Positions 1 through 9,777 of a stretch of DNA of 64,000 nucleotides are shown here, in pieces. The notes beneath the pieces were generated by a model that worked only from the letters and a program-made list of their open reading frames with translations, was not told the DNA's origin and did no database searches. The translations under genes and the position numbers were made by a program. The stretch's first letter is position 1; every line of letters starts with the position of its first letter. This stretch comes from a virus. Its lineage: Duplodnaviria > Caudoviricetes. The stretch lies in the IMG/VR virus record IMGVR_UViG_3300022594_000001; one strand, 5' to 3'.

Positions 1-1902
1 CACATGGATGGTAACTGGACACTAGTATCCGGAACTGGTACAGTTACTACTTCTACTGACATTATGTCTATTACCTACGGTTCAGTAATGAAACTTAACC
101 TGTATACATATATCAATCGTAGTAACGGTTTAATATATGATGATGGCGTTAATCTTTTTGATTATGGAACAAACTATCAAGCTGGCGACACACTGAAGAT
201 TCCTGGTAGTTTACTAGGTGGACGTGATGGTGGCTGGATCATGTCAGCTCAGCCTAACGGTACAAACGTTAATGGGGACGTATTATTCTTTAGCATAGCG
301 GCTTATCCAACATTGGGAACCGATATTCCAGCTGGTACATTGTTTAGATACCAAGGTGTAAACCATCTAAATCAAACAGTTGTATCAGTTGTGGACAACG
401 GCGAGGGTGATTGGTTTGTAACTATCACTGGTGGATTATCATCATATGATACTGTAGACTTCTTTGCTGGTAACGACTATCAGTTTACATGGCAAGGTAG
501 CTACATTTCAGAAGGCCAGTGGCTTCCAGCAGAAGCTGTACGTTTATCAGTGAATCAAACAATCACTGCACAGATTACATATAACGTAAGAAGTCCCGAA
601 GGACAACAGGCGTTTGTATGGACTCCTAACTGGTCACATACTTACGGTTCAACAAACTATGATGAATACTTCAATGATGTAGCCTATGATGCGGTTAACG
701 ATCGAGTACTTGTTACTGGTTATTTCCAGCAAAACGGTAGTGATAGCGAACTTTTAGTCATGTCCCTGGACAATGCCAATAGCGGTGCTACTATATGGCA
801 AAAGTTTGTCGGAGATAACAACATCGGTAACTATGGTTATAGTAGCAGTATTGATGTTGACAGTAGTGGCAACGTGTTTACCATTGGTACAAACGACAAC
901 GGCCAAGCAATGATTACCAAACAGAACGGTCTAGATGGTTCAATCACGTGGCAGTCTGTACAAACTGATCACAACAACTGGAACTATGACCCACAAGGCC
1001 GAGTAGACGCAAATGGTGATGTTTATTTTGGCAGAGTATATTACGACAACCGTGTGAATCACTATGTACTTGGCCTTACCAAACTCAACAGCGGCAATGG
1101 TACCTTAGCATGGTCAAGAAGAATCACTAACATTCAAGGCTACTGGATGTTTGATGGTTGGGATACATTCCAACAGGCCATCAGCATTGGTGATGGACAG
1201 ATACAATGGAGTGGATATGTAAGTGACATCAACAACGACTACAATGATGCCATTACTGTTAGCTTGCCACTAGACGGTAGCGGCATTGGTACATACGGAC
1301 GTTGGATTGTAGAAGACGATACCAATACTGCTATACTGTCAGGTAACGATAGCTATCAGATAACTCCACCGGTTCCATACGTGGCAACTGATGCTATTAC
1401 ATTCACACTATCCAGCCCAACTATCAACGTAAGTGATGTCAGTGCCGCTGTTATCACTAGAAATAACATCGAGTTGGGCGGTGGATCGATTGTATTTGCC
1501 GATGGTAGCGATATTACACAAGCTGGTATTAGTAGAGCACTGACAGATAAGGGTGATAACACTACCTACTTGAACTTTGAACACAATGGCAAGTTTATCT
1601 ACTTTAACGGTAATCAAGGCAGTTCAACCGTTCGTGTTCCGCAAAACAGCGACACCAAACTTCCGATAGGATTTACAGTTAGCCTTGTAATAGACAACTT
1701 TGACGGTAGTAGTGTATATGTTAACACAAGTAACGATACCAGTAACGGGTTACATGTCAGTGCTGTGGGATTCAGTCAAACTTATAGCAATAATAACTGG
1801 TGGCGTCTTGGCAATGATGGAAACACTGGTATCTACACGCTAATGAAAGTTGATACCAATCGTTGGGTCCTAAGCGGTCCAAGCATACTAGACGACTATT
1901 AA
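1..1902 (+). CDS. virion structural protein (beta-rich/propeller-like, tail-associated), probably 5'-truncated by the window edge
   Basis: 632-aa ORF from 4, frame open back to base 1 (CAC ATG); G/N/T/S/W-rich beta composition; lies in the structural gene block. Confidence 0.55.
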   Translation, partial: HMDGNWTLVSGTGTVTTSTDIMSITYGSVMKLNLYTYINRSNGLIYDDGVNLFDYGTNYQAGDTLKIPGSLLGGRDGGWIMSAQPNGTNVNGDVLFFSIAAYPTLGTDIPAGTLFRYQGVNHLNQTVVSVVDNGEGDWFVTITGGLSSYDTVDFFAGNDYQFTWQGSYISEGQWLPAEAVRLSVNQTITAQITYNVRSPEGQQAFVWTPNWSHTYGSTNYDEYFNDVAYDAVNDRVLVTGYFQQNGSDSELLVMSLDNANSGATIWQKFVGDNNIGNYGYSSSIDVDSSGNVFTIGTNDNGQAMITKQNGLDGSITWQSVQTDHNNWNYDPQGRVDANGDVYFGRVYYDNRVNHYVLGLTKLNSGNGTLAWSRRITNIQGYWMFDGWDTFQQAISIGDGQIQWSGYVSDINNDYNDAITVSLPLDGSGIGTYGRWIVEDDTNTAILSGNDSYQITPPVPYVATDAITFTLSSPTINVSDVSAAVITRNNIELGGGSIVFADGSDITQAGISRALTDKGDNTTYLNFEHNGKFIYFNGNQGSSTVRVPQNSDTKLPIGFTVSLVIDNFDGSSVYVNTSNDTSNGLHVSAVGFSQTYSNNNWWRLGNDGNTGIYTLMKVDTNRWVLSGPSILDDY

Positions 1903-1911
1903 GGATCCACA

Positions 1912-4146
1912 ATGAGTATTATACAAGGCGTTATAGCAAGTATGGGGGCAAGTGCTCCCCCTCCTCCTCCTCCATACTACGGTTCAATCTTTACACTTGA
2001 ACCCGCGGTGTCAGCATTTAGTGGACAAATAGGTTGGTGGTCTTGGGGCGGATCGATTACGGCGCCATCAGTGGTATCATCTAATCCACCAACACGTGAT
2101 GCTTACACTTATCCAGACGGTGAAGCTGAGTATGTATACACATTTAACGGTACTGACAACTGGATGATTAGTCCACAGTTGACCACTACCGGTGCGTGGC
2201 CCGATGGTAACATTACCGTCGACATGTGGTTTTATCCAACGTCATACGGGATAACATTACTTGCCGAACTAGGTCAAAATACTGGACCAAATGTCGGGTA
2301 CGACTATAACATGCTGGAAATCGACAGTAGCGGATACCTATTAGCAACAGTATTTCCAAGTGGGCATATAACAAGTCCAAACACAGTGACGCTCAACGCT
2401 TGGAATCATGTTTACTTTTTCCACGATGTACAAAATAGCTTACGATTAGAACTCAACGGCAACCTTGATGGTTCCCATGCTGTTAACGGTACAGCATCTA
2501 GCGGCTACACACCCCCAGGTCAACGATACTTTGGTATCGGTGGTGGAGGTAACGGCACCAACATGGGCAATGTATCATACTTCCAAGGCAAGATTGGTAC
2601 TGTATACATTTATGATACTGTAGCACAGTCTTCATACAACGCAACTAAGATTAAACATGCAGTACCTGAGTTGTTGCTAAATCTTGATGCAAGTAATCCA
2701 GCGAGTTATGCGGCACAGTATACAGTAACAGTTAGTGCTGTTACAGACAGCGGAACTAAGATACATATCCCTACAGCATTTAGTGCCAACATTGGTAATC
2801 AAGTTACAGTGGGATATCCGTTCACTACACAATGGGGCGGTTATCACGGTACAGTGACAAACATAAGCACAGGTACTGGCTCTTTTGGGGCAGAGTGGAT
2901 ATTTACAGTTGACACTAACGTAGCCATTGGGTTTGCCGGTGGAGACAATATGACATTTGGAAGTGCATCAACAACTACTTGGTACAACCTAGTATCAGGC
3001 GGACACGATGCTACATTTGATTCAGCACCAGCGTTCTACAGCACTGGTGTTAAGTCCATTGACTTTGCTGGTTACAACTTTGCCACTTTGCCAGCCGACA
3101 TATGGTTTAATCAAGATTTGACCATTGTATCATGGGTCAAGGTCCACAGCTACGCTAACTGGGAACGTATTATAGATTTTGGTAACGGAGCAGGGGTTAA
3201 TACTGTACTGCTAGCCGCAAGCGCCGGTGTCAGCGGAAACCCGGCATTGAGAACCGAAGGCACTCAGTTTACAGCCACTAACTATCAACTACCAGTTAAC
3301 ACGTGGGTACAGGTAGCGGGTAGAGTCAAAGCTGATGGTGGAGGCACTATATTTGTCAATGGCGATCAGATGATGAATTATTCAGGCATGGCTATACCTG
3401 TAAATACAACAAGAAGCAACTGTTACATTGGTAAGAGCAACTGGCCTGATGCCTTACTGAATGGCGAGATGGGTGAGATACAAATCTATCATAGTGCCTT
3501 AAGTGATGCTGTTATTACAGCAAACTATAATAGCACCCGATCTAAATATCTTCCCTCTAGTCTCAGTTTCTCACCAAGTAGCACATCATACCTAGGAGTA
3601 CAGAATACGCAAAGCGATTGGGCGTTAGGTACAACTTGGACTATTGAGTGGTGGAGCAAAGCAACTACCGCATCAGGCCCGGGTACTATCTTTACTGTGA
3701 TGGGTCAAAATTTTGATGGTAACGGCATTGACGTATATTACCAAAACGGAAACTTAATCATCAACAACGGCACAACACTAACTGCCGAACCTACTCCTGG
3801 ATCATGGACACACGTTGCTTTAGTCAGTAACGGAACACAAACAATAGCGTATCTAAACGGTGGCGCACAGTATGTCGGCGGTGCTTGGAATCTCAATAAC
3901 TCTAGTAATGATCTAGTGATTGGAAAACGTGGGCCTGGAAACTTCCAGTACTTTAACGGCAACTTGGCTAACATTAGAATCAGTACTACAGCCAAATACA
4001 CCGATACATTTACGCCATCTAAAACTTATGGTGTTGAATCAGATACTAAGTTGTTCTTAGGCGGTACTACACCTCTAGTTGACGGTACTGGCAATCATCC
4101 TATAGACAATCAAGGCGCAGTGGTTAGTACGGACTTTCCAACTTAA
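1912..4146 (+). CDS. LamG/concanavalin A-like lectin domain virion protein
   Basis: Repeated LamG-like signatures (ITVDMWFYP, WNHV, TIVSWVKV, WTHVALV, YLNG, FNGNLANIRIS); poly-Pro linker near the N-terminus. Confidence 0.75.
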   Translation: MSIIQGVIASMGASAPPPPPPYYGSIFTLEPAVSAFSGQIGWWSWGGSITAPSVVSSNPPTRDAYTYPDGEAEYVYTFNGTDNWMISPQLTTTGAWPDGNITVDMWFYPTSYGITLLAELGQNTGPNVGYDYNMLEIDSSGYLLATVFPSGHITSPNTVTLNAWNHVYFFHDVQNSLRLELNGNLDGSHAVNGTASSGYTPPGQRYFGIGGGGNGTNMGNVSYFQGKIGTVYIYDTVAQSSYNATKIKHAVPELLLNLDASNPASYAAQYTVTVSAVTDSGTKIHIPTAFSANIGNQVTVGYPFTTQWGGYHGTVTNISTGTGSFGAEWIFTVDTNVAIGFAGGDNMTFGSASTTTWYNLVSGGHDATFDSAPAFYSTGVKSIDFAGYNFATLPADIWFNQDLTIVSWVKVHSYANWERIIDFGNGAGVNTVLLAASAGVSGNPALRTEGTQFTATNYQLPVNTWVQVAGRVKADGGGTIFVNGDQMMNYSGMAIPVNTTRSNCYIGKSNWPDALLNGEMGEIQIYHSALSDAVITANYNSTRSKYLPSSLSFSPSSTSYLGVQNTQSDWALGTTWTIEWWSKATTASGPGTIFTVMGQNFDGNGIDVYYQNGNLIINNGTTLTAEPTPGSWTHVALVSNGTQTIAYLNGGAQYVGGAWNLNNSSNDLVIGKRGPGNFQYFNGNLANIRISTTAKYTDTFTPSKTYGVESDTKLFLGGTTPLVDGTGNHPIDNQGAVVSTDFPT

Positions 4147-4163
4147 AACAACAAGGAGCGACA

Positions 4164-4913
4164 ATGCCACAAAATAACTATCAATGGAAAAGAGATAAAG
4201 CAGATCCGCGTGATCATGCTTTTGCTCCAAGACTAACAACATTACCTACAAGTGTAGACTTACGTGCTAACTGTTCAGCTATCGAAGACCAAGGTAACTT
4301 AGGTTCATGTACTGGCAATGCCATTGCTGGTATTGTAGAATATCTATGCCGCAAAGCAAAACGATCTACTGATGTCAGCAGACTCTTTATCTATTATCAA
4401 GAACGTGTATTAGAAGGAACTGTTAACTATGATAACGGTGCTTACATCCGCGATGGTATTAAAGCTGTAAACAAGATTGGTGTGCCTACTGAAACATTAT
4501 GGCCATACACTATTAATAGATTTGCCTATCGCCCTAGTCAAGCTGCATACATTAATGCTGCTACACGCAAGGCAGTTGGTTATCAAAAGTGTGCTAACTT
4601 TGCCGCAGTTAAAGCTGCCTTGGCACAAGGTTATCCCGTTGTAGTCGGGTTCGATGTGTATGAAAGTTTTGAATCAGATGCAGTTGCAGCTACTGGTCAA
4701 ATGCCTTATCCTAACAAAGCAACTGAACAACTACTAGGCGGTCATGCCGTAGCACTAGTCGGTTATAATGACTCTACTGGTAAGTTCATTGCCCGTAACT
4801 CGTGGGGTACAAGCTGGGGCGATCATGGCTACTTCTACATGCCATACCAGGTAATCCAAGACACCTCAATGAGCGATGACTTCTGGATCATTACAAGTAT
4901 TACTAACCCCTAA
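4164..4913 (+). CDS. papain-family (C1A) cysteine peptidase
   Basis: DQGNLGSCTGNA (oxyanion Gln, catalytic Cys), GGHAV (His), RNSWG (Asn); AGGAG RBS. Confidence 0.9.
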   Translation: MPQNNYQWKRDKADPRDHAFAPRLTTLPTSVDLRANCSAIEDQGNLGSCTGNAIAGIVEYLCRKAKRSTDVSRLFIYYQERVLEGTVNYDNGAYIRDGIKAVNKIGVPTETLWPYTINRFAYRPSQAAYINAATRKAVGYQKCANFAAVKAALAQGYPVVVGFDVYESFESDAVAATGQMPYPNKATEQLLGGHAVALVGYNDSTGKFIARNSWGTSWGDHGYFYMPYQVIQDTSMSDDFWIITSITNP

Positions 4914-5496
4914 TACCCTGTTCTTTTAGTTTAACACAAGTATCACACTTTTTGCAAGGTGTGATATTTTTTTCTGTGTAGGTAGGATGTCTACATGACC
5001 AAAACTTATCTCGTAAGCTAGTTGGCAAGCTGTCATATATTTCACGTTTGTTTAGATTGAGCACAGGATAGATTTTCTCCACTGGCGTAAACGCCTGGAG
5101 TATTTTATTAGCACGAACACGGCGTTCTTCCAGTGCATGGTTCCCATCATTGGCCTGCATACCCATTGCCACTTTTACAATGTTGGGATTAGCAAAGCAC
5201 ACATATCCAGCAAAGAAGTTCATAGTGTCTGAATCAAACATGTATTGTTTATTGTAAACAACTGTGCCTATTTCGCTTTCACTGTATTCAAACTCGAACT
5301 TGAGTTCCTTTAGTTCTTTAAGAGCAATATCTACAGCCAGTGCTTCTGCTCGGTGTCTATTTTCAATATTCTTGTTATGAACATGATGTATGTGAATACG
5401 ATAGTCCTTGTATTCAGGATCTGTTAATAGTTTGTAAACCATACCCAGGCTATCTAGGCCGCCTGAGTACATGGCTAGGATTGTTTTTTGTTCCAT
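4903..5496 (-). CDS. divergent QueC-like PP-loop ATPase with C-terminal Zn site
   Basis: N-terminal SGGLDS PP-loop; C-terminal SC...CKKCDTC; canonical QueC YGQRH, VPxRN and YPDC motifs not seen. Confidence 0.7.
   Translation of the reverse strand: MEQKTILAMYSGGLDSLGMVYKLLTDPEYKDYRIHIHHVHNKNIENRHRAEALAVDIALKELKELKFEFEYSESEIGTVVYNKQYMFDSDTMNFFAGYVCFANPNIVKVAMGMQANDGNHALEERRVRANKILQAFTPVEKIYPVLNLNKREIYDSLPTSLRDKFWSCRHPTYTEKNITPCKKCDTCVKLKEQGIRG
4941..4973 (+). terminator. intrinsic terminator after the peptidase gene, lying antisense inside the QueC-like CDS
   Basis: TATCACAC (4941-4948) / GTGTGATA (4959-4966) stem followed by T7. Confidence 0.55.
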
Positions 5497-5933
5497 ATAT
5501 AAAATGTATAAACCTCGTTAATGGGATGTTCTTCTGGTTGTGGTGTTAGTTCGTGTGCTTTTGGAAAGTAACAGGCATATTTTGTGGGCCAATTAGGATT
5601 AAGAAATGCACGAGCTATAAATCTGTTACAGTTTGCCAATACAATGGGCAACAATCGATGGGTAAACTCCATGCCAAATGCCAATGCTCCATCAACTATA
5701 ATTGTGTCCCAATGCGTATCTAAGTTGAACCAGTCTTTGTTCTTAATCTTAGGATCTGCGTATTTGGGCTCTAAATCCCATGCTTCAGTTGCAAGTGGTA
5801 GCAACAGCCGAGTACTGCCTAGTAACAATACACGCCCGGTACAATAGCTTTCAAATACCGAATAATCAGCATCATCGGGTGCTGCTGGCCATTTCAAGCT
5901 AGTCCAGTATTCTTTATCTGCGTATATATCCAT
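5475..5933 (-). CDS. hypothetical protein, possibly a minimal class I SAM-methyltransferase fold
   Basis: VLLLGST (motif I-like), WDLEP, DWF, WDTIIVDGAL (motif IV-like); overlaps the QueC-like start. Confidence 0.4.
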   Translation of the reverse strand: MDIYADKEYWTSLKWPAAPDDADYSVFESYCTGRVLLLGSTRLLLPLATEAWDLEPKYADPKIKNKDWFNLDTHWDTIIVDGALAFGMEFTHRLLPIVLANCNRFIARAFLNPNWPTKYACYFPKAHELTPQPEEHPINEVYTFYIWNKKQS

Positions 5934-5937
5934 GTGA

Positions 5938-5943
5938 TATTTA
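5938..5943 (-). promoter_or_regulatory. late-type promoter box TAAATA, near-leaderless
   Basis: TAAATA on the minus strand 4 nt from the ATG at 5933; same box as T4 late TATAAATA. Confidence 0.5.
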
Positions 5944-5959
5944 TTACTTGCAAACTAGC

Positions 5960-5965
5960 TAAATA
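5960..5965 (+). promoter_or_regulatory. late-type promoter box TAAATA
   Basis: 18 nt upstream of the baseplate gene ATG at 5984; divergent from the 5938 box. Confidence 0.55.
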
Positions 5966-5983
5966 TACTAAAGAGAGCGTATT

Positions 5984-6586
5984 ATGACTATACAAACAAT
6001 TAATTTAGGTAGCTATGCAAACGACGGTACCGGCGACGACTTGCGTACCGCGTTTACTAAAGTAAATGCTAATTTTGCACTATTGCAAGCTGATGTAACC
6101 GGTGCTGTTAATCTAGGCACAGGTGCTGGCATTTTTGCTGATAAAAATTCTACAAACTTAGAATTCAAATCAATAACAAGTATAGACGGCAGCATTGCTG
6201 TAACAGAAAGTTCCGAAACTATTGATCTTGCAGCAACACCTAGCATTGTGTATGACACTAATCCACAATTAGGTGGCGACTTAGATTTACAAGAACATCG
6301 AATTTATAACGGTGATGCACAAACAACTGTTTACGGATTTGACATTCCGATGGTTACTGCATTAGTTCAACTATTAGTAGAATCAAATCAAATCAATTTA
6401 GATTTTAATGGTGGACAAGAAGATATCAGTGGATTTAGTCTTACAACCGGAGATTTTATGAATGGTGATCCGAGAGCTGCTAATAAGGATCCGTCAAACG
6501 CTAATTTAGATTTTAACGGTACAGGAAACATTAACTTTTTAGATTCAGCTTCAACAAAATTAGATATTGATTTTGGCACATTTTAA
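5984..6586 (+). CDS. baseplate wedge / tail-fibre connector-like protein (T4 gp9/gp10-type N-terminus)
   Basis: N-terminal INLGSYANDGTGDDLRTAFTKVNANF motif typical of gp9/gp10-like proteins. Confidence 0.7.
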   Translation: MTIQTINLGSYANDGTGDDLRTAFTKVNANFALLQADVTGAVNLGTGAGIFADKNSTNLEFKSITSIDGSIAVTESSETIDLAATPSIVYDTNPQLGGDLDLQEHRIYNGDAQTTVYGFDIPMVTALVQLLVESNQINLDFNGGQEDISGFSLTTGDFMNGDPRAANKDPSNANLDFNGTGNINFLDSASTKLDIDFGTF

Positions 6587-6598
6587 CAGAGAGTAGTA

Positions 6599-8971
6599 AT
6601 GGCGCTTAATGTTTGGACTCAACGCTCGGGGTACTCGTTTGGTTCGTTTCAAGAACGAACAATGTTCAACGAGCAACTACCTGTAACTAATGATAACGGA
6701 GTTACATATTCTATAATTTCAGGACATCTTCCTAACGGTTTAAGAATTAGCGATAATAATATTATTGGCACACCGTACGAAGTGCCTCGCAATACTACAT
6801 TTACATTTTGTGTAAGAGCATCCCTAAACGGATCTATCTCAGACAGAACATTTACAATAGAAATTATAAATGCAGACGGACCAGAATTTGTGACTTCTGC
6901 TGGGGAATTACCAATAGGTCCGTCTGAGCAATTATTTACATTAGACAGTACATATATCGATTTTCAAATTGAAGTTACAGATTTAAATCTTAGTGCTACT
7001 CAACATTTAAGTTTTTTTATTTCCAAAGATGACGGCGAACTACCTCCGGGACTAGTGCTTACAACAGACGGAAGAATTGTAGGATTTGTTCAACCTGCGT
7101 TAAGTATTAAACCAAGTGACGGGTCAGGAACATATGACGAAAGTATTTACGATGCCGTTGCATACGACTTTGCGTTTAGACCCACAAACGGTTATGATAG
7201 TTATATTTACGATACAGTATTTTTTGATTACAATATTCCCTCAAACCCACCAAAAAAATTAAACCGTAACTACGAATTTAATGTAAGTGTTAGCGATGGA
7301 GATGTTGTTGTAAAAAGAAAATTTGATATATTTGTAGTAGGTGACGATTATTTCCGTGCCGACAATACATACCTATCTGGAGTATTTACTGCTGACGTTA
7401 CATACTTAAGAAAGCCGATATGGCTTACTGCCAGCTACCTAGGAACTTTTAGAGCTAATAACTATATCACGATTCCAATTCAGACGTACGATACTGATAA
7501 TATTATAAACTCCTTAGATTCATTAAATCCAGATCACACAGCAAGTGAATTGCCTCCAGGTATGGCATTTGACGAAGAGACTTCGGAAATTTACGGGTTT
7601 GTTCCTTATCAACCTGCAATTACTAAAACATATAAGTTTACAATTACATCAACTAGATTTAGTGATAAATTAGAAACTGCATCGTCATCTCGCACATTTA
7701 CTATTAATGTAATTGGAGAAATTGACAGTATTATCACATGGAGTACAGGTGCAGATTTAGGAGGAATTAATGCCAACTTTGTATCTACACTGAGCGTTAA
7801 AGCAGTTAGTTCTGTACCAGGTGCAACTGTATTATACTCACTAACTAGCGGATTATTACCTCCAGGATTAAGTTTAGACCTCGACGGAGAAATTGTAGGC
7901 AAAGTTAATCAGTTTAGCGATTCAACACATTTTGGGTTAACAAGATTTTATGATACCGTTAACGGTGATAAAATCATTACAACGTTTGACGGAAACACTA
8001 CTACCATTGATAGAGTATATACCTTTACTGTAGAAGCTAGAGATCAGTACGGCATTAGTGCCATAACTAGAGCATTTACTATTACAGTAGATACACCAAA
8101 TACCATTACTTATAGTAATATTCGTGTAAAACCGTTCCTTAAAAACACCATCGATGCGTGGGCAACTGATAGTAAATCGCAACGAGATAGATTTAAAGAA
8201 TTTATTAACGATACAAATATTTTTACACCAAGCAGTGTTTACCGTACAAACGATGCTAATTTTGGTTTGCAAACAGATTTATCTATGATTATCTACGCAG
8301 GAATAGAAACCACAGTTGCTGCCGCATATGTCGGCGCAATTGGATTAAATCATAAAAGAAAACGTTTCCAATTTGGCTCAATTAAAAAAGCAACTGCATA
8401 CGTACCGGGAACAAAAAATGAAGTATACGAAGTTGTATACTTAGAAATGATTGACCCCTTAGAACCAAAAGGTAAGCGTTTACCAAATGTTATTAAACAT
8501 TTAGGAACCGAAAATGTTAACCTTACAGTTGATAGCAATAACGCTTTTTGGAGTACAGCAATTAACGATATGACTGTTGATAGCCAGTATTCATCAAGAC
8601 CCGATCCTATTGTAACTGTTGACAGTCAGGGTTATTTTGCATCTAATCCTAATCCTAATACATATTTTCCTAGCAGCGTTACTAACTGGCAGGAAAGAAT
8701 TAGTAGCATAGGCGCTACTGAAAGAAATTACCTTCCTCTTTGGATGCGTACTATACAACCAGGATCAAAATCCGAACTAGGATTCCAATTAGCTGTTCCG
8801 CTATGCTATTGCAAGGCCGGAACTGCCGACGACATTATTTTGAACATTAAGCATAGCGGGTTTGATTTTTCATTAATTGACTACACCGTTGACCGATACA
8901 TAATTGATGCAGTCGAAGGTGCTACCGCTGATAAATATCTCGTATTTAGAAACGACAGGATTACAATATGA
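6599..8971 (+). CDS. baseplate/structural protein with repeated Ig-like (putative Ig, LPPGL) domains
   Basis: Repeated GxLPxGL..., GEIxG, YxFTV signatures. Confidence 0.65.
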   Translation: MALNVWTQRSGYSFGSFQERTMFNEQLPVTNDNGVTYSIISGHLPNGLRISDNNIIGTPYEVPRNTTFTFCVRASLNGSISDRTFTIEIINADGPEFVTSAGELPIGPSEQLFTLDSTYIDFQIEVTDLNLSATQHLSFFISKDDGELPPGLVLTTDGRIVGFVQPALSIKPSDGSGTYDESIYDAVAYDFAFRPTNGYDSYIYDTVFFDYNIPSNPPKKLNRNYEFNVSVSDGDVVVKRKFDIFVVGDDYFRADNTYLSGVFTADVTYLRKPIWLTASYLGTFRANNYITIPIQTYDTDNIINSLDSLNPDHTASELPPGMAFDEETSEIYGFVPYQPAITKTYKFTITSTRFSDKLETASSSRTFTINVIGEIDSIITWSTGADLGGINANFVSTLSVKAVSSVPGATVLYSLTSGLLPPGLSLDLDGEIVGKVNQFSDSTHFGLTRFYDTVNGDKIITTFDGNTTTIDRVYTFTVEARDQYGISAITRAFTITVDTPNTITYSNIRVKPFLKNTIDAWATDSKSQRDRFKEFINDTNIFTPSSVYRTNDANFGLQTDLSMIIYAGIETTVAAAYVGAIGLNHKRKRFQFGSIKKATAYVPGTKNEVYEVVYLEMIDPLEPKGKRLPNVIKHLGTENVNLTVDSNNAFWSTAINDMTVDSQYSSRPDPIVTVDSQGYFASNPNPNTYFPSSVTNWQERISSIGATERNYLPLWMRTIQPGSKSELGFQLAVPLCYCKAGTADDIILNIKHSGFDFSLIDYTVDRYIIDAVEGATADKYLVFRNDRITI

Positions 8972-9537
8972 CCAGTAATATAAATTTCTCTGCTATTGAC
9001 GAACAATACCCAATTGCTGGAAAAGACAACGATAGCCAAGGTTTCCGTGATAACTTTGGAATCATTAAAACAGCTCTAGGAGCAGCTAAATCGGAAATTA
9101 CCGAATTACAATCTAATTCCTTATTAACGCAAAATTTAGTAAACGGTGATCCGGTTAATAACGACCTAAATGGCAGTTCAATTAATAACGGTTATTACAA
9201 TAACTTCCACGGTGTATCTTATATTGCAACTGTTAACGGAACTGCGAGTATAAATGTAAGTACAGCTAGTATCTTTGTTTATACCCTTACTGGTAACACC
9301 ACATTTACATTTACAGGTTGGCCTGCAAATACCTACTACTGTAAAGTAAAAGTTCACTTTGTAAGTAGCGATAGTACATCACACACTGCATCGCTATATT
9401 CCGCAGGCGGTGGAACTGTTCGTTTAGATGGACAATTTACTGGTTCAATACCAGGAAATGGAAAGCACCAAATTATAGAAGCATGGTCATACAACGATGG
9501 TGCTACTGTATTTGTTAATTTTTTAGGTAGCTATTAA
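8968..9537 (+). CDS. virion structural protein (hypothetical)
   Basis: ATGA-coupled to the upstream gene; coiled-coil N-terminus, beta-rich C-terminus. Confidence 0.5.
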   Translation: MTSNINFSAIDEQYPIAGKDNDSQGFRDNFGIIKTALGAAKSEITELQSNSLLTQNLVNGDPVNNDLNGSSINNGYYNNFHGVSYIATVNGTASINVSTASIFVYTLTGNTTFTFTGWPANTYYCKVKVHFVSSDSTSHTASLYSAGGGTVRLDGQFTGSIPGNGKHQIIEAWSYNDGATVFVNFLGSY

Positions 9538-9767
9538 TGCACCCGTTAATTAATGATTTGACTTCGCTTAAAGACGGCGAACTAGAAAATAAAATTAGTG
9601 AACTAACTCGTAAGTATTTTTCTACTCATAATTTTGAACTACAGCAGCAAATTTCTATGGTTATCGATACCTATAAAGAAGAATTGAGCAAACGTAGACA
9701 AGCTGAATACGAAAAATTGATGCAATCTCGCAATAAAGATCTTGACAAACTAATTAACGTCAACTAA
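9537..9767 (+). CDS. hypothetical protein
   Basis: 76-aa ORF, TAATG overlap with the upstream gene. Confidence 0.6.
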   Translation: MHPLINDLTSLKDGELENKISELTRKYFSTHNFELQQQISMVIDTYKEELSKRRQAEYEKLMQSRNKDLDKLINVN

Positions 9768-9770
9768 ACT
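9742..9770 (+). promoter_or_regulatory. sigma70-type promoter, predicted leaderless mRNA
   Basis: TTGACA-17bp-TAAACT, 7 nt before the ATG at 9778, no SD. Confidence 0.65.
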
Positions 9771-9777
9771 ATAGGCT

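Noticed and set aside
4903-5496. Calling the PP-loop gene a canonical queC that completes preQ0 synthesis
   Set aside because: Diagnostic QueC motifs are missing and it is remote from the dpd locus; reported as QueC-like only
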